Source: Trichosphaerium sp. ATCC 40318
Lineage: Eukaryota; Protista; Tubulinea
Direction: 5' to 3'
Length of the DNA stretch: 64,000 nucleotides
NCBI GenBank assembly: GCA_038496445.1
Contig: JALMLS010000441.1
Coordinates: 1,248-65,247, forward strand
Part shown: piece by piece, positions 13,282 to 27,058 of the stretch
How the letters are laid out: every line of letters starts with the position of its first letter
How positions within the stretch are numbered: the stretch's first letter is position 1
Position numbers and translations under genes: made by a program
The notes under the pieces: model-generated
What the model was told of the DNA's origin: nothing
Databases searched by the model: none
What the model saw: the letters and a program-made list of their open reading frames with translations, nothing else

Positions 13282-15720
13282 TTAGCGTTTTCCTCTATTT
13301 TTTGTAGAGCCACTGCTTTTGCGGGTATTTTTCTTATTACGTGATCCACCTGTATTGTTTGTACGTACAGGGGCGCTTCTATTTTTTCTAAATATTAGCT
13401 TGAGTGGTGTTCCCAAGAATGAGAACTCATCACGAATTTGACGTTGTAAGAAGCTAATATATTGATTTGAAACAAGCTCTGGATGGTTCACAAAGAAAAC
13501 AAAAGCAGGACCCTAATAAGGTACCCAGGTCATTAGTAATCGTATCAAAGATGGTTATGTAACGTACAGCCATATTTCCTTGTGTCACGTGACGAATCTT
13601 AAGCTTTTTAAGGCCAAGTTTTGGAGCTCCTCTGAGTAATGTAGCTTTTTCAACAAGTCCAATCAAGTTGTTTGTTGAAATCTTTTTCCTCCTTTCTTTG
13701 GCTACTAGCAGAACATCGTCCAATAAATTAGGTACATTATAACCTAAGCAAGCATAAGGACATTGAACACCATTAAAAAAAAGTTGTCAAAAGTCAGGGA
13801 GGCGTTCAGAAGTCGAAAAAAAAAAAGTTAGGTGTACCAGTTTTAGCAGATATGAAGTCTATTGGGACAAAGTTTATCCACTCAATATGCTCTTGAAGTG
13901 CCTTACGATAACCTTCTTCAGTTGGTCTGTTTTTCTCACTTACTTTATCAGTAAGATCCCACTTATTTACAACAGTGATACAACTCTTGTACTGATCAAA
14001 AATATACGTCAAAAGCTTGTTATCCTAAAAAAAATTATTAAACACTCCGATAAAAAAAACTCGATCCAGGAACACGTGTTTAAAAAAAAGTACCTGTTTT
14101 ACTGGTCCTTCAACTGCATCTATCATAAGTAAAGCAATATCAGAACGATCAACAACCTTAAGAGCCCACATGGCGCTAAACAATAAATCAGTAAAAAAAG
14201 TAATAAATAAAAAACAGTTTCTGTACCTTATCTTCTCAATAGGCGAATCTTGACTCTTTGGTCTCCTTACACCCGCAGTATCAATAAGTGTAATAGGTGT
14301 TTCCTTATCACCCCACTTTAAATGCTCATCAACAGGATCCATTGTTGTACCAGGAACATCTGAAACAACAGATCTCTCACGACCAGCAATATGATTCAAA
14401 AGACTAGACTTGCCAACATTAGGCTTACCAATGATAGCAACCTTAACATCCTTTCTCTTTGACTCATCATCTGACTACAACAATAAAATAAGAAAAACAA
14501 AACCAGTACACAGAAGGACAAAGACTAAAGGCCAAAAGGCCAAAAACAAAGAAAAGAACAAAAAAAAAACAAAAAAGACATAAAAACTTACAAATGGCAT
14601 GAACCCCATACGCTTCGCTTTCTCCGTGAAGTTTTCCAATAAATTAACAATACCCAAACCATGTATACCCGAAATAATTTCAGGTTTTCCTAAACCAAGA
14701 CGAACAAATTTTGTGCATCTTCTCCCTATTTTTAAATTAGTAAAAGGTTTTTTTTTTCACGTGAGAAACACGTGCACACAAAAAAAAAGTTGCGTTCATA
14801 AAGTATGGTTTACCATTGTAGAGTTATCAGCTTTATTCGTTCCAAGAATTACTGGTTTTCCTGATTTCTTCAAGAGACGAGCAAGGAGCTTATCATGAGG
14901 GTGAATACCAGATTGACAATCTTTGAAAAGAGAAGATTACCAATCAGAATGTTACGATTAAAAAAGTTGTAAATTTTACCTGTCATGTACAAAATAATAT
15001 CAGCTTCGGATATAGCAACCATAGCTTGCTCATGAATTGACTTGGACCTGTCGAGATACGGTTAAAAAAAAAGAATTAAAAAATGTCAAAAGGAAAAAAA
15101 AAACAAAAGACCGTCGCGTACCAGTTGTCTGTCTCACCAAGCATACCACCTGTATCTACCAATAGAAAACTCCAATCTAGCCAATCACATACACCATAAA
15201 CACGGTCTCTAAAGCAGTTATGAGCGACAGACATAGAGAGACAACCCAAAAAAGAAAACACCTGCCAGTTTGACATTTTCGTTTTTATTTTCATTACCTT
15301 GTTGTCCCAGCAATGTCTGAAATCAATGCCTTTGAATACCCCACCAATCTATTAAATACAGTCGATTTACCTACGTTTGGACGGCCTACTATCGCAACTA
15401 AAGGCTTGAAGTATTTCTTCGTTGGTTCATCGAATCCAACTACGCTAAAACAACTACCGTTAGCGAATAGAGTACTATACCGCGTTTTTAAAGTGCTTTT
15501 GAGGCTTTTTGGAAAGTTTTGCGCTCAGTGAGCTTACTTACACTTCTGAGCCTGGGACTTCCCTATCTTTTATGTTTGGAGAGTCTTTGAAGTCGAATTG
15601 AGATGGTCTAAAAGGCATTCTTCCTTTTGTATTAACTGTTGTACTACGTTGTTCTTTTGTCTTGTCGCAGTAGCATCGCACTCTTACAACCTTCGAAAAC
15701 TCTATATAGCGTAAAAACAC
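13282..15720 (-). CDS. der: Ribosome biogenesis GTPase Der/EngA (organellar), multi-exon; true start uncertain
   Basis: Two tandem G domains: [18 protein letters not shown]...GTTRD...LVDTGG and [35 protein letters not shown]...IDTAGVRR, with NKWD, then a KH-like C-terminus ([36 protein letters not shown]). Confidence 0.93.
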
Positions 15721-16037
15721 AGCTCATTGATATATAACCGTACTATTGACGTATTTAGGCGCCCTTCGCGTATGCCTAGCGCTTTAGACAAGAATTAGTT
15801 GTTTGCATAGTTCGTTATCGCAAGTTACCTGGTAACCCCCCAAAGGCGTGCAGAGAATGTAAATCGGCGCATGAGGCCACTTGCGTTCAAATACAGTGCA
15901 CGTAAACAAAAAACGATAAAAAACGGTCAAAATGTTGTCTTTTAGATTTACAAAGGGTCGACCTCTTTTTTACATGGGGCGAAATAAGGTACAACATGTT
16001 TTAACGCCAAAAAGGAGACGCTAAATGATCTCACGTG

Positions 16038-16405
16038 TTACTTTTTCTCTTTACGTTTTTTACTTGGCTTCTTGTCCTCTGATTCAGTCTCAGCCTTTCT
16101 TTTTGCTGGTTGTCGCGCTTTAAGAGCTTCAAGATATCCAGGTGGTAATAAATCCTCGAGAGGTACATCTGCTTCGCTTTCTAGTTGGTTGATCTCCTCC
16201 TTAGCGTCCTTTTTTGTCTTTACGTCATTTGCTTTTTACAAGTTAGTTAAATCATACTACGTTATCTCTAATTACCCTCTGCTTGCGCTATAGAGTCTTC
16301 AACATCCTCTTCTTGATCAGGTTCAAACTCTTTATCTTTGCTTGGCGAAGTAGACTTTGATTCTTTGGTTGCTTTGGTAGCTTTGGTATCTGCTTGTTTA
16401 GACAT
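16038..16405 (-). CDS. Small charged nuclear protein (2 exons) with an 'E..QLESEADVPLEDLL..GY' motif and C-terminal NLS
   Basis: MSKQADTKATKATKESKSTSPSKDKEFEPDQEEDVEDSIAQAE / ANDVKTKKDAKEEINQLESEADVPLEDLLPPGYLEALKARQPAKRKAETESEDKKPSKKRKEKK*; one short intron near 16235-16276. Confidence 0.7.
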
Positions 16406-16530
16406 TTTTGAAGATGCTTAGAAGAGTTTCAAGTTGTAACGCTTTCCCGCTAGAAATTTGAGGATTTCCGATATTTTATTCTACATCACATTCTCACAGA
16501 GGAGCGAATTAAAACAAGCATCTGTACATG

Positions 16531-17030
16531 TCAAATAGACGTTTCAGCAATTACATACGCAATAGCATAGTCTATATCGTGAGAAATTGACAGGTGTATT
16601 TGTTCAATGTTCATTTTACGCACAATTCGCTCAGTTGCACCTTCAAATATAACTTGAGGCTTTCCTATGCACCAATTAGCGAAGTGACGTTCGTTGCTCA
16701 AAAAAAAGTTAACGGCGTTACCTGACTCTGATTTTACGATATTAATCTCAGGGAACGCTATGCGATCTGTTGGACTGATTGCCTTCCATACTGCTTCTTT
16801 GGCAGCCCATCTTTGTTTTACATAAGATCAACGCAGAGATATACGCGTAAGTACCTTGATGCGAGGTACTGGGTCGCTTTTTGTTCAGAAACAGATTTTC
16901 TCTGCTGAAACGAAGCTTGTTCTGCGCTATGTAGCACCTTACGCACGAAACGATCGCCATAACGCTTAGAAACCCTCTCAATTCTACTTATCTGAGCAAT
17001 GTCACAACCAATACCGCAAATACGTTGCAT
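16531..17030 (-). CDS. acpS: Holo-[acyl-carrier-protein] synthase (AcpS-type 4'-phosphopantetheinyl transferase)
   Basis: GIGCDIAQISRI, YLASR/WAAKEAVWKA, GKPQV, IHLSISHDIDYAIAYVI*; two introns. Confidence 0.92.
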
Positions 17031-17142
17031 ATCTCTTTAACATGCGGTTATCACCCGGTAAATTACCTGAGTTTACTTTATTAAGCGATTTTAAGCTTTT
17101 AAAAGTCAAACACGTTGATTTTGTTCAAAAAGTTTCTTATTT

Positions 17143-18544
17143 TCAAGCAGAGTCATGGAATTCTGCTGTTACTTCGCTAGCACCAGCAAGCTTGTTTATC
17201 TCAACTTCAGGTACTTCTTCGCCTTTGAAAAGGCGACAGAAATGATACAAATGTGTCATCTTTTCTTCTCGTTTTGTAATTGCTTTGAGTGTGTTCTCAA
17301 CCCATTCATCTTCATCTAAAAGCAACTTTCCACCAAATTCAGTTACTAGTTCCTAACACAGTATGTCAGACAGCGACACATGTTAAAAAATTTGGTTTTA
17401 TTTTGTGACAAGGCAACGACGTAGAAAAAATGTAAAAAAACATTGACGTACTTTTTTAGAAACGTATTTTTGTAACTCTTTTGGCTTTGCCAAAAAATTA
17501 ATCATTTGCTTGTACTACAACAACAAGAGTAAGTAATTACAGATGTAATATTTTGGTATCAGAGAATGTTCACGAGAAACATTTAAAAACGTCACAATTT
17601 GAAAAAGGTGACACAAACTACTTTTTTCAAGAAATTCCAATTGTTGATAGTGACGTTTCTACCAGTGACTGTAACCATTCTCCGTACGTATACTTACCTT
17701 TGCTGGTACCAATGGTTTGATAGCTAATGATAAAAAACCTGTTTAGCGATATGACAAGGCGTGTGTTGTTCAAACAAAAATTTCTTTGACATTGGCTTTT
17801 TTTTCCTTTTGACGTACCATACCAAAGTGTTGAAACAATAAACGGAGAATTTATAACAAGTATCTTATAGACACGCTAAAAGTTGTGTTATACTATTTCC
17901 CTACGCGTAGAGATACCTGTGGGAAGTATTTTGCGACTACAGCTGATACATCCTTCAAAATACCTTGATCTTTGTTTTTTAGACCGAAACTATGCGTTGT
18001 TAGTAGAATATACGCTGTTGAATACCTTCTTACCCTTTCATGTCGCATATTATGAGTACTTGGCTTACATCCTTTGACATGTGCACTGTCATGGCCAAAC
18101 AAACGGATAGAACCAGCTGTATTGTTTGTTCTCTCTCAAACTCTCCAGGTAAGTGGTTTTTTGCTCTAATCAACATGATTGGTCTACCCTGTATTGGTAA
18201 ACGTTAGTTTATACATTAAAAACGAGTAAAAATACCTCTAGATCGTTTCCCATCAATAGTACTTTTTTAGTTTTGATTTGTGCGCTCAAATCTGCTTTTA
18301 GAAGGTTTTCAACTTCACCAGACGCTAACCACGCATAGTAACGTTTTAACTACGGGTTTTAGCAATGTTATATTGTCCGGTATCTAACCTTTGAATAAGC
18401 ACCGTCTACATCGTAGTCCTTCTGCTTTAGAAAGCGATCAAAGTGATCGTCTTGGTCTTTACAGTTGTTAACCTCAACAAATGGTTTTTTCGCTGAAGAG
18501 ATCTTTTGTTTTAACTGTTTAAGAGCTGTTGCTTCAGATGTCAT
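17143..18544 (-). CDS. CRAL-TRIO/Sec14-family lipid-binding protein
   Basis: MTSEATALKQLKQKI...DDHFDRFLKQKDYDVDGAYSK (CRAL-TRIO N helix), GNDLE/GRPIMLIRAKNH, LKDVSAVVAKYFPQ, C-terminal ELVTEFGGKL; multi-exon. Confidence 0.8.
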
Positions 18545-19197
18545 GTTGGAGAGTTCGTTTAAAATTGGAACATTCTTGACTCGTATTGTAACGCTTAGAA
18601 TAGTAATCCATCAACGAATTGGGGGTCAATGAAGCTGTTTAAAGGTAATACGTGTGATGACATCATTGAATTTGTTAAGTCAGCGTGTCAAACGTCAGGG
18701 GATGCCCAAATGTCTACGGCGCATACAACAAAATTCGGCTGCCCACATATTGGTTGCTGGGCGAGTGATGGCGTTCGTTCACCTTTGATAGAACTACGTT
18801 CGAGTGCAACAACGAGCTGCCGCACACTGCTATGGTACAGACGATTTTTATCGGTATTCTAACAGCGTTTAGTTCGGTGTGCAAAAAAGCAGTTACAGCT
18901 TGCGATAATTGCTTTTCTTTGGTAGAAATAATTGAGGGGTGTGGTAAGGACAATATAAGAGAGGATTTAAAAGTATTAACCTTTTGCGTAAAAGGTAGGT
19001 GCAGGAAATGCGGTTTTCCGAGTGTCGTCAATATAAAGACGCGCAATGCGCTTAAATTACCATCATTGGCGCCAACGTCTTCGAAAACCGTGGTAACTAC
19101 ATTATTGGCTATTTAAATACCCCAATAGCTAACCAATACGCGCAGCGCATCATACAGAGAAGAATCTCTGAAACAGGCTACATACAGTACAAAAAGG

Positions 19198-20474
19198 ATG
19201 AACACGCACTCCTACAGTCACTCCTTGCTCCAAAGATTAACCTTGCAACAACTAACGCCGATTTGGGACAAACAGAGCCAAACAAGAACAGTACGACCTT
19301 TGAAAGTAAAAAAATTTCATACAAACTGAGTTGGCCTGTTTGTAGATTTGCCCAAGCCTCAAGGTATTGATGAAAGCACTGAAGACAAGAGAGGTGCTAA
19401 GAGAAAACGTTCTGATACTCCAGATAAAGATTGCGATATTACACGTGATGCAAAGAGATCCAAAACAAAGCATATAAATTTGACAGAAGTCAAAGTGTAT
19501 CTTCCTGATAAAGACGTATTTTCAAGCTTTAGTAAGCAAGATCTAAAGTCACTTTGCGACGGTAAGGTTCAAATTTGTTTTTTCAGAACAAAGAGCTTGA
19601 GATTGAGAGTGTTTATTGACTCTGTTTTTTTTTTGTAGATGTGGAACAAGAGCGTCTTGATATTTTAGATTTTGATAAGAAGAATGAAGATACAAGGTTT
19701 TTAATGTCATTTCGTACATGTATATCTATTGGTATTTCTTCAAAATTAGGGGTAATGTTGTGTTCGTTTTTTTTTTTTTCGATCACGTGATTATTATAGA
19801 AAAATTTGTTGACGTTTTTTTTGGTTATAGATGTTGCAAGCGTTGTATGGAGGACAAGGTGATGATAATACTACAGATATTTTTTTATCTGTCAGTGAGT
19901 TTTGTTGTCAGCAAGCTAATATTGTTTGTCAAAAACAAAATTCTGATTCAACTTCAAAAGTCTGGCAATCAGCTGCTAAAATGGCTGCAAATATCAAATC
20001 TTCTTCAAATAACGTTAAAACAGTTATTGCAAGAATACTTAAACAGAGGCATAAATGCGCAAGGTACAAAAAAGAGGCCATGGGCAACAATACTTTTTCT
20101 TGTTTTTTTCCACAAAAAGGTTCTTAACAGTTTTTTAGGCATTTGTTGAGTAGCTTGTCTTCTAATTACATTAAAACACTGTCATTGATTTCTAAAGAGT
20201 TATCTTCGTTATATAAAACGCTAGACGAGATATGGGATAAACAAAAGTCATCACAACCAAGTGTAGTAGACAGAACGTAAGTCATCTGTTTTTTTTTTCA
20301 ATACTTTTTTTTTGTTAGCAAGTGTTTAAGTTTTTCCGCAGGGAGCTACTTCACGACTACAAAAGCACTGATATTGAAAAAGATATACTTTCTAGTGATG
20401 CTGTAGATAGATTAACATCTAAAATAGAGTTATGGACACAAATTTATAAGACAATGTCGAGTTGTGTCTTGTAA
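19198..20474 (+). CDS. Hypothetical protein, multi-exon, with NLS-like KRGAKRKR
   Basis: GT-AG-bounded exons including ORFs 19348-19638 and 19831-20127; last exon ELLHDYK...MSSCVL*; no recognised domain. Confidence 0.55.
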
Positions 20475-20626
20475 AAAACTGTAACTTTTTTCGAAAAAAC
20501 ATAACTGATTTCACATACTTGCTCCTCTGTAGGTCGGTCATATTATTGTAAATATAGTAAATAAATAACTGAAATAATGTATCAAACCTGTGTTTATTGA
20601 TTATGATCGAGTCTCTTGATGATATT

Positions 20627-21398
<772 letters not shown>

Positions 21399-22708
21399 TT
21401 GTGGCACTTTAAAGCTTGGCTTAAAGAGTTGTTCCTATTTAAGTTCAAACGCACCAGGAATACGACCGAAACTGCAGCACGTCGTTATTTTTAACCTCAA
21501 TCATCAAGTGAGGTAGTAATGGCAGTCTTGGGTTAGCAAGAAAAGAAGACAGCCAAGGATGAATTTATGAGGTAGAAAAAGCAGCGTAGAGAAGTCGCAT
21601 TCGCGTCTGTGCATCTTTTTCACCACTGGGAAAGGCTTGGAGGTACGAGGATACGATTTTTGTTTGTGGAGTCTAAACGCTTATTAAAGCAACTAATTTA
21701 CTAGTTAGAGCAAAGATGAACACTGTGTTATCTAGAAAATTGAAAACCGCCTGACACAGCTTTGGGTGTGCACTTTACGCGCTGATAACATTGCTACTAT
21801 AAAAACGCTATCGGTACCTATCCAGAATTACATTTACAGTTTTTGATCAAAAACTCGAGTACCGTTCAATACAAGCGCCTTCAATTTATTTGGAGTGCAC
21901 ATAGAAACTCTTACGCAAAATTAGTGCTCAAACCAGGTGCAACAAACAAAAAACTCTTTAGTATTAAAAAACGCACATAAGCTGTTTGTTAGTTGCAATT
22001 GCACTTTCATACGCGCATGATAATTGAAAACTCCATTTTGTTCACTTTTCGTGTTACTTACTATAGCTACATAGACGATAATGAGTATGAAGTGCTTCTA
22101 AGTGCATACGACTGGTATTGTCCAAGGATACGATTCATAGCACGAGACCTTTACCTAATTGCTGCAAACACATCATATTTCACGCTCTACGTTAAATGTC
22201 AGTTGCTTCAAGCGATTAGAATTTTCTGTGGGATGTGGTGCGGTTTGGAGCAAAATAGGGGTTGAGCGTCAATGCAGCGTGTTGTTCATTTGGAGCGAAG
22301 ATTTTACGCGACAGTCCGAATTAACGTCATAGTTTTTGTCAACTCTGATGTTCTAGTTTGTTTAATGCTCTTTTCACGTAGGTATAAGCTTGTTGCACGC
22401 TACACGTTAAATTTAGATACTGCATAGGCTCAATTATGTCGAAAACTATAAAGGTATTTACGTACAAGCGTTCTAGTGTACTTTCTGACTAATATTTAGG
22501 TGTTAACTGACAATTTTGGTTCTAAATGACTTCTAACGCAGTTTTTAAAGAATTGAATGCTCGGAATATATGGTACACAAGTAGATACGCTGTTTATGGG
22601 TGTTCTAAAGTTCGATAAAAGTGACAGAGTTTATATTTTGGGCAGTTTTCTCGTATAAGGAATGGTCATGATCAGTAATACTCTAAAAGTACCCCAATAC
22701 AACCTCAA

Positions 22709-23122
22709 ATGCTTAAATTTATTGTTGCAACTCTTGGCTCCATCCGATCGGCTATTACAGGACAACGACAACGTCCACGACACGGAAGAGCTTACATCCT
22801 TGCTCGAGCACAAGCACAACAACGAGAGAACGCACAGCGCGAAGCGGAGGCGGCTAATAACACTACCGACAGCCGAACAGAAAACAACCCACCAGACTCA
22901 AAGACAGGCCGCAAAACGACACCGAAGACGTCGAAGAGGCACCTGATAACGGTAGAACAGTTCAATGCCAAACTTGCAAAGTTGAAGAAGTTACGCCAAC
23001 AGTCCTTTAAGAAAGCGGCGAAGACAGTAAAAGAGGCAAAATCAACTGTCAAAGAAGCTACTAAAGCCTCTGCCTTCACAAGACATCTTCAAGAGAAAAG
23101 ATCTAGGCGCCAACGGAAATAA
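22709..23122 (+). CDS. Hypothetical basic (K/R/A-rich) protein, intronless
   Basis: 137-aa ATG ORF with a helical Lys/Ala-rich C-terminus and a downstream AATAAA (~23234); no recognised family. Confidence 0.35.
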   Translation: MLKFIVATLGSIRSAITGQRQRPRHGRAYILARAQAQQRENAQREAEAANNTTDSRTENNPPDSKTGRKTTPKTSKRHLITVEQFNAKLAKLKKLRQQSFKKAAKTVKEAKSTVKEATKASAFTRHLQEKRSRRQRK

Positions 23123-23465
23123 CTCTACTCCCTCCACCACTCCCAAAACTAATGGTTTAGACGCCCATCCTTACCTACCATCAATATTAGAAATACCTAA
23201 AGTTCCACCTACATCTGTAAACTAAAACTGTAAATAAAAGTACCTGTATCATAAACCAAAGCCTTTTGTTTTTTTGTAGAATCGGTGATCAGAGTAGACA
23301 CTTAACCTTTCAGATTAATTTTGTTGTTGACTACTCGCTTACAAGGTTTGTGGAGCTCGTGGTAAGGACACTTTCTAGTATGATAGAACGTCATGAACAG
23401 ATGAAAAAGGGTAGTGGATTTAAAGTCAACGTTTGTTTGGTTAAGTCGAGTGTCATTCGTCTAGT

Positions 23466-26400
23466 ATGTCTCGAAGTAGGAAGTACATGAAGGAGCCAGC
23501 GCTGTCGTACGAAAAGTGTTAAAAAGTAGGATTCTAACAATAAAAGTTTGGCTGGACGGTATGAACCGGCTGCCTTGGCCAATATCTCGTGGGAAACGCG
23601 TGCTATACATGGCGAGTCACCAGTTAAAGTATGATTTTGTTTAAAATTGACAATTTAATCTACAAACCGTCTGAGTGCCATAAATTGATAAAAACCAGGC
23701 GTGTGACCGACTTACAAAAAACTTTATCACAATTAAACCGTTTGTTCTTACTTTACGTATTTAGTGGGGCTCTGGTGCTGTAGAGTACAAGGGAAAACTC
23801 TACGTATTCTCTGGGACAAAACGGCAGACAACAGACCTAGAACCGTTCCTTTTTGACTTGAAAACGTCAAAATGGTCTAGCGTGAGGGTTAAGAGCTCTA
23901 GAAGGGCTGCTAAAAGAGATTGCGTACCTTGCCACAGATGGGGCATGTCAATCGCGCTCTTACAAGGGAAGTATGCAGTAGGGTACGTGAAGAAATAATA
24001 TACGTGCACAGCTGATTTCTTTTTTTTTTTTTTTGAAGACATGGAGGGTTCAACAGCAAGTGCAATTTCTGCGATTTATTCGCGTTTGATCTGTCCTCTC
24101 ACACGTGGTTACCTATTCTCATTGATAGCGCATTACCTTGTCTTCATTTTAGAGCGTTCCATAGCGCTGTGTCATATAATGATAAGGTAACAATGAGACA
24201 ACAATTTATGTTTTGAATTAATTAAAAGAACTTATAATTTATTTATTATAGATGTACGCTTTTGGAGGCATGTTCTGTAATGGTGGTCCTTACGATTACT
24301 ACAACGATTTGGTAGAATTCTCATTAGAAATTACAAATGATGGAAGTGCATGTATTACATGGAGAGTGGTAGAGACTAATGGAACTCCACCTGCACCTCG
24401 GTAAACCTTTTTTTTTTTATAATTTAGGCTTTCGCTTTGTTTTCGATTTGTTCCCTTTACTCTAACTCTCAAACCCTATTTAGTTCACAACATTCTTCTG
24501 TTGTCGTGGGGGATAAACTATACATCATTGGTGGTTATGACGGATATCATATATTCAATGGTGAGTAGGGTTTCTTGAATCTTTTTTTTGTATGAACGTG
24601 CAATTTTAAATGATTATGCTTAGATGTGTGGTGTTTGGATTTAAAGTCATTGTTGTGGAGGAATATATCAAAAACCAGTATATTAAGACGACAAGATCTT
24701 ATACCAAAAAACTTTAGGTGAGTGTCTGTGAGAGCTTGTCACAAAAATATAATTTTTGATGTTGACATTCTTTTCTTTATTAGGATAAGCAATTGCTTCA
24801 GGCCTTTCTGTTTGGCTGCTAGCACTTTGTTTATGATAAACTTAGAAGCAAATCTTTGTAGTTACCATATTCCATCTAATACATGGAGAACATACTCATT
24901 ACCAGTCGACGATCCTATGCAGTACGTCTATTGACTTCAAAAGAAAATCGCATCACAACAAATCATGACAACAAATTCTTATTATTTTCTTAAAGGTGCA
25001 TACTGGCTATAGTTGATGATACATTACATGTTAATAGTCACAATACACATTATACACTCCAACTTAAAAATATATCGTTTATCAAAACCGATAATAGCCC
25101 AGAAACACCAAGTACGTCGTTTTTGTTTCAAAAAAAACCAAAAAAAAAAAAAAACTTAAACAATGTGGGTTCGTGTTCATGTAATTGTATTAGGAGGTAG
25201 CCCATCGATGGGACCTAGAATTATGGTAAAATGTAGTCTAAGAAGTGGTAAAAAGGAAACACGTGCGATAATGTTCGAGTATAAGAATGATCTTGCTAGC
25301 CTTCAAGAAGCGCTTGCATTAAAGTTTGGTAAACCTTTGCATTCTTTCAATTATAAACATGACGATGATTGGATAAACCTGGATGATGATAATGGTAAGT
25401 GCGCAACGTACTAACACGATATTCTAACACATGATATTATTTTATAGACCTAGCATTGGCCATAGACGTATGCGGAAAGAGCTTAACAGTTAGTGCTCTG
25501 CCAACGCAACAAAACAATAAACCGAAACAACAAAACCAAGGCCGTATCAATGTAAAGAGTATATATACAGAGCTTGATGATAAGTGCAAGATCCCTTGCA
25601 AAGAGATAGAACTTGGAGAATGTATAGGCTCAGTAAGTTTAATTTACTTTTTTTTTTTGAAATTTTTTTGTTTTTTTTTGAAGGTGTGGTTGTTAATTGG
25701 TTTGTTTTTCTTGTCTTTAGGGATTTTTTGGTAAAGTCTATAGATCAAACTGGAGGGGTCTTCGAGTTGCTTGTAAATCTATTGATAGACTTGAGCACAA
25801 GAGCAAGAGTTCAGAAGAGATGTTTGCTGCTGAAATACGCAATATTTGTAAATTGCGTCATCCTAATATTGTTCTCTTTATTGGCGCCAGCATGGATACT
25901 GATACAAAGTACATACTATTTGAGGTAAGAAAATAGGGTAGAGGCAATGCCTTCAAAAAGGAAACAAAAAAGTTGATTATCAACACGTGACTTTGACATT
26001 TTTTGTTTCATGAAATCCAACTTTTTTTTCCCCTTTCCACATAAATATCTTTCGTTTTATTTCGCAGTTTTTCAACGAACGAGCTTTGATTTTTTGATTT
26101 TTGATTTTGTTGCCTAGTTCTGTGAGGGAGGATCTTTACGAGAATATTTACGTTCTATTGATACACCACCTTCTCAAGAGAAGATAGCTGGATACGCTTT
26201 TGATATTGCTCTGGCACTAAACTATTTGCATCACTGTAAAGTTTTACATCGCGACTTAAATTCAGGGAATGTATTGGTACATCCTTTCTCCTTTTTATAC
26301 ATCCTGTAAATCTCTTGTGCTAAGTATATTGTTATAGTTGACTAGATTTTGCGCCAAGGTCGCCGATTTCGGATTGAGTAAAGTCCTTGGTACGTTTAAA

Positions 26401-27058
26401 AACAAAACTCAGTTTTTTTTTCAACTTTTTTTTTATTACTTCTAAAACTGTTTGTACTAGATCCTGATCAACGATATGCACAAAGTGGAGTATCTGGAGC
26501 AATGGGTACGTTGGAAAAGATTTATTATTCATTAGAAAGGAGGTGTAACTGAGACTTTTGCTTTTTTTTAGCGTACATGGCGCCAGAGGTCATTAAAAAG
26601 GATTCCTATGGAGTCAAGGCTGATGTTTACTCTTATGGATTGTTGGTCCAAGAGATGCATACATTGCAAACACCTTGGTTTGGCATGACTATTCATCAGC
26701 TTGTTATGGCTTTGGAGAGAAAGGAGAGGCCAAAAGTATCAACGTATGCGACAAATGTTGTTGCAAAGTTGATTACAGACTGCTGGGCTGAGGACCCTAA
26801 GGATAGACCTTCTTTTAAGAGTGTTGTTGATACACTTAAACCTTTTGTTACTATTCCTAATGGCGCACATAACCAAGAAGGTGCACTTGAGTATGATGAA
26901 GAGATTTTAGATGGTAAGCTTTTTTTTTTTTTTTTTGCGCAGAAGTTTTTATTAAATCTCTTTGCTTGCTTGCTAGTAACTTATGTTTTTTGCTCCTAGA
27001 AATGGATACAAGTATTGGTGGGTATATTAAAAAATCTGAATTTGAAGACTTGAGTTAA
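23466..27058 (+). CDS. Kelch-repeat + PB1 + TKL (Raf/MAPKKK-like) protein kinase
   Basis: Kelch: AVEYKGKLYVFSG, MYAFGG, PPAPRSQHSSVVVGDKLYIIGGYDG. PB1: IMVKC...FNYKHDDDWINLDDDNDL. Kinase: IGSGFFGKVY, VACK, LRHPNIVLFIGA, HRDLNSGNVL, KVADFGLS, YMAPE, DVYSYG, CWAEDPKDRPSF. Confidence 0.9.

Noticed and set aside
18629-19116. Overlapping 77-110-aa ORFs on both strands
   Set aside because: No recognisable motif or consistent splice model; lies between divergent genes.
21700-22620. Possible spliced gene
   Set aside because: Intron-like signals are present but no coherent open frame or homology; possibly a relic.
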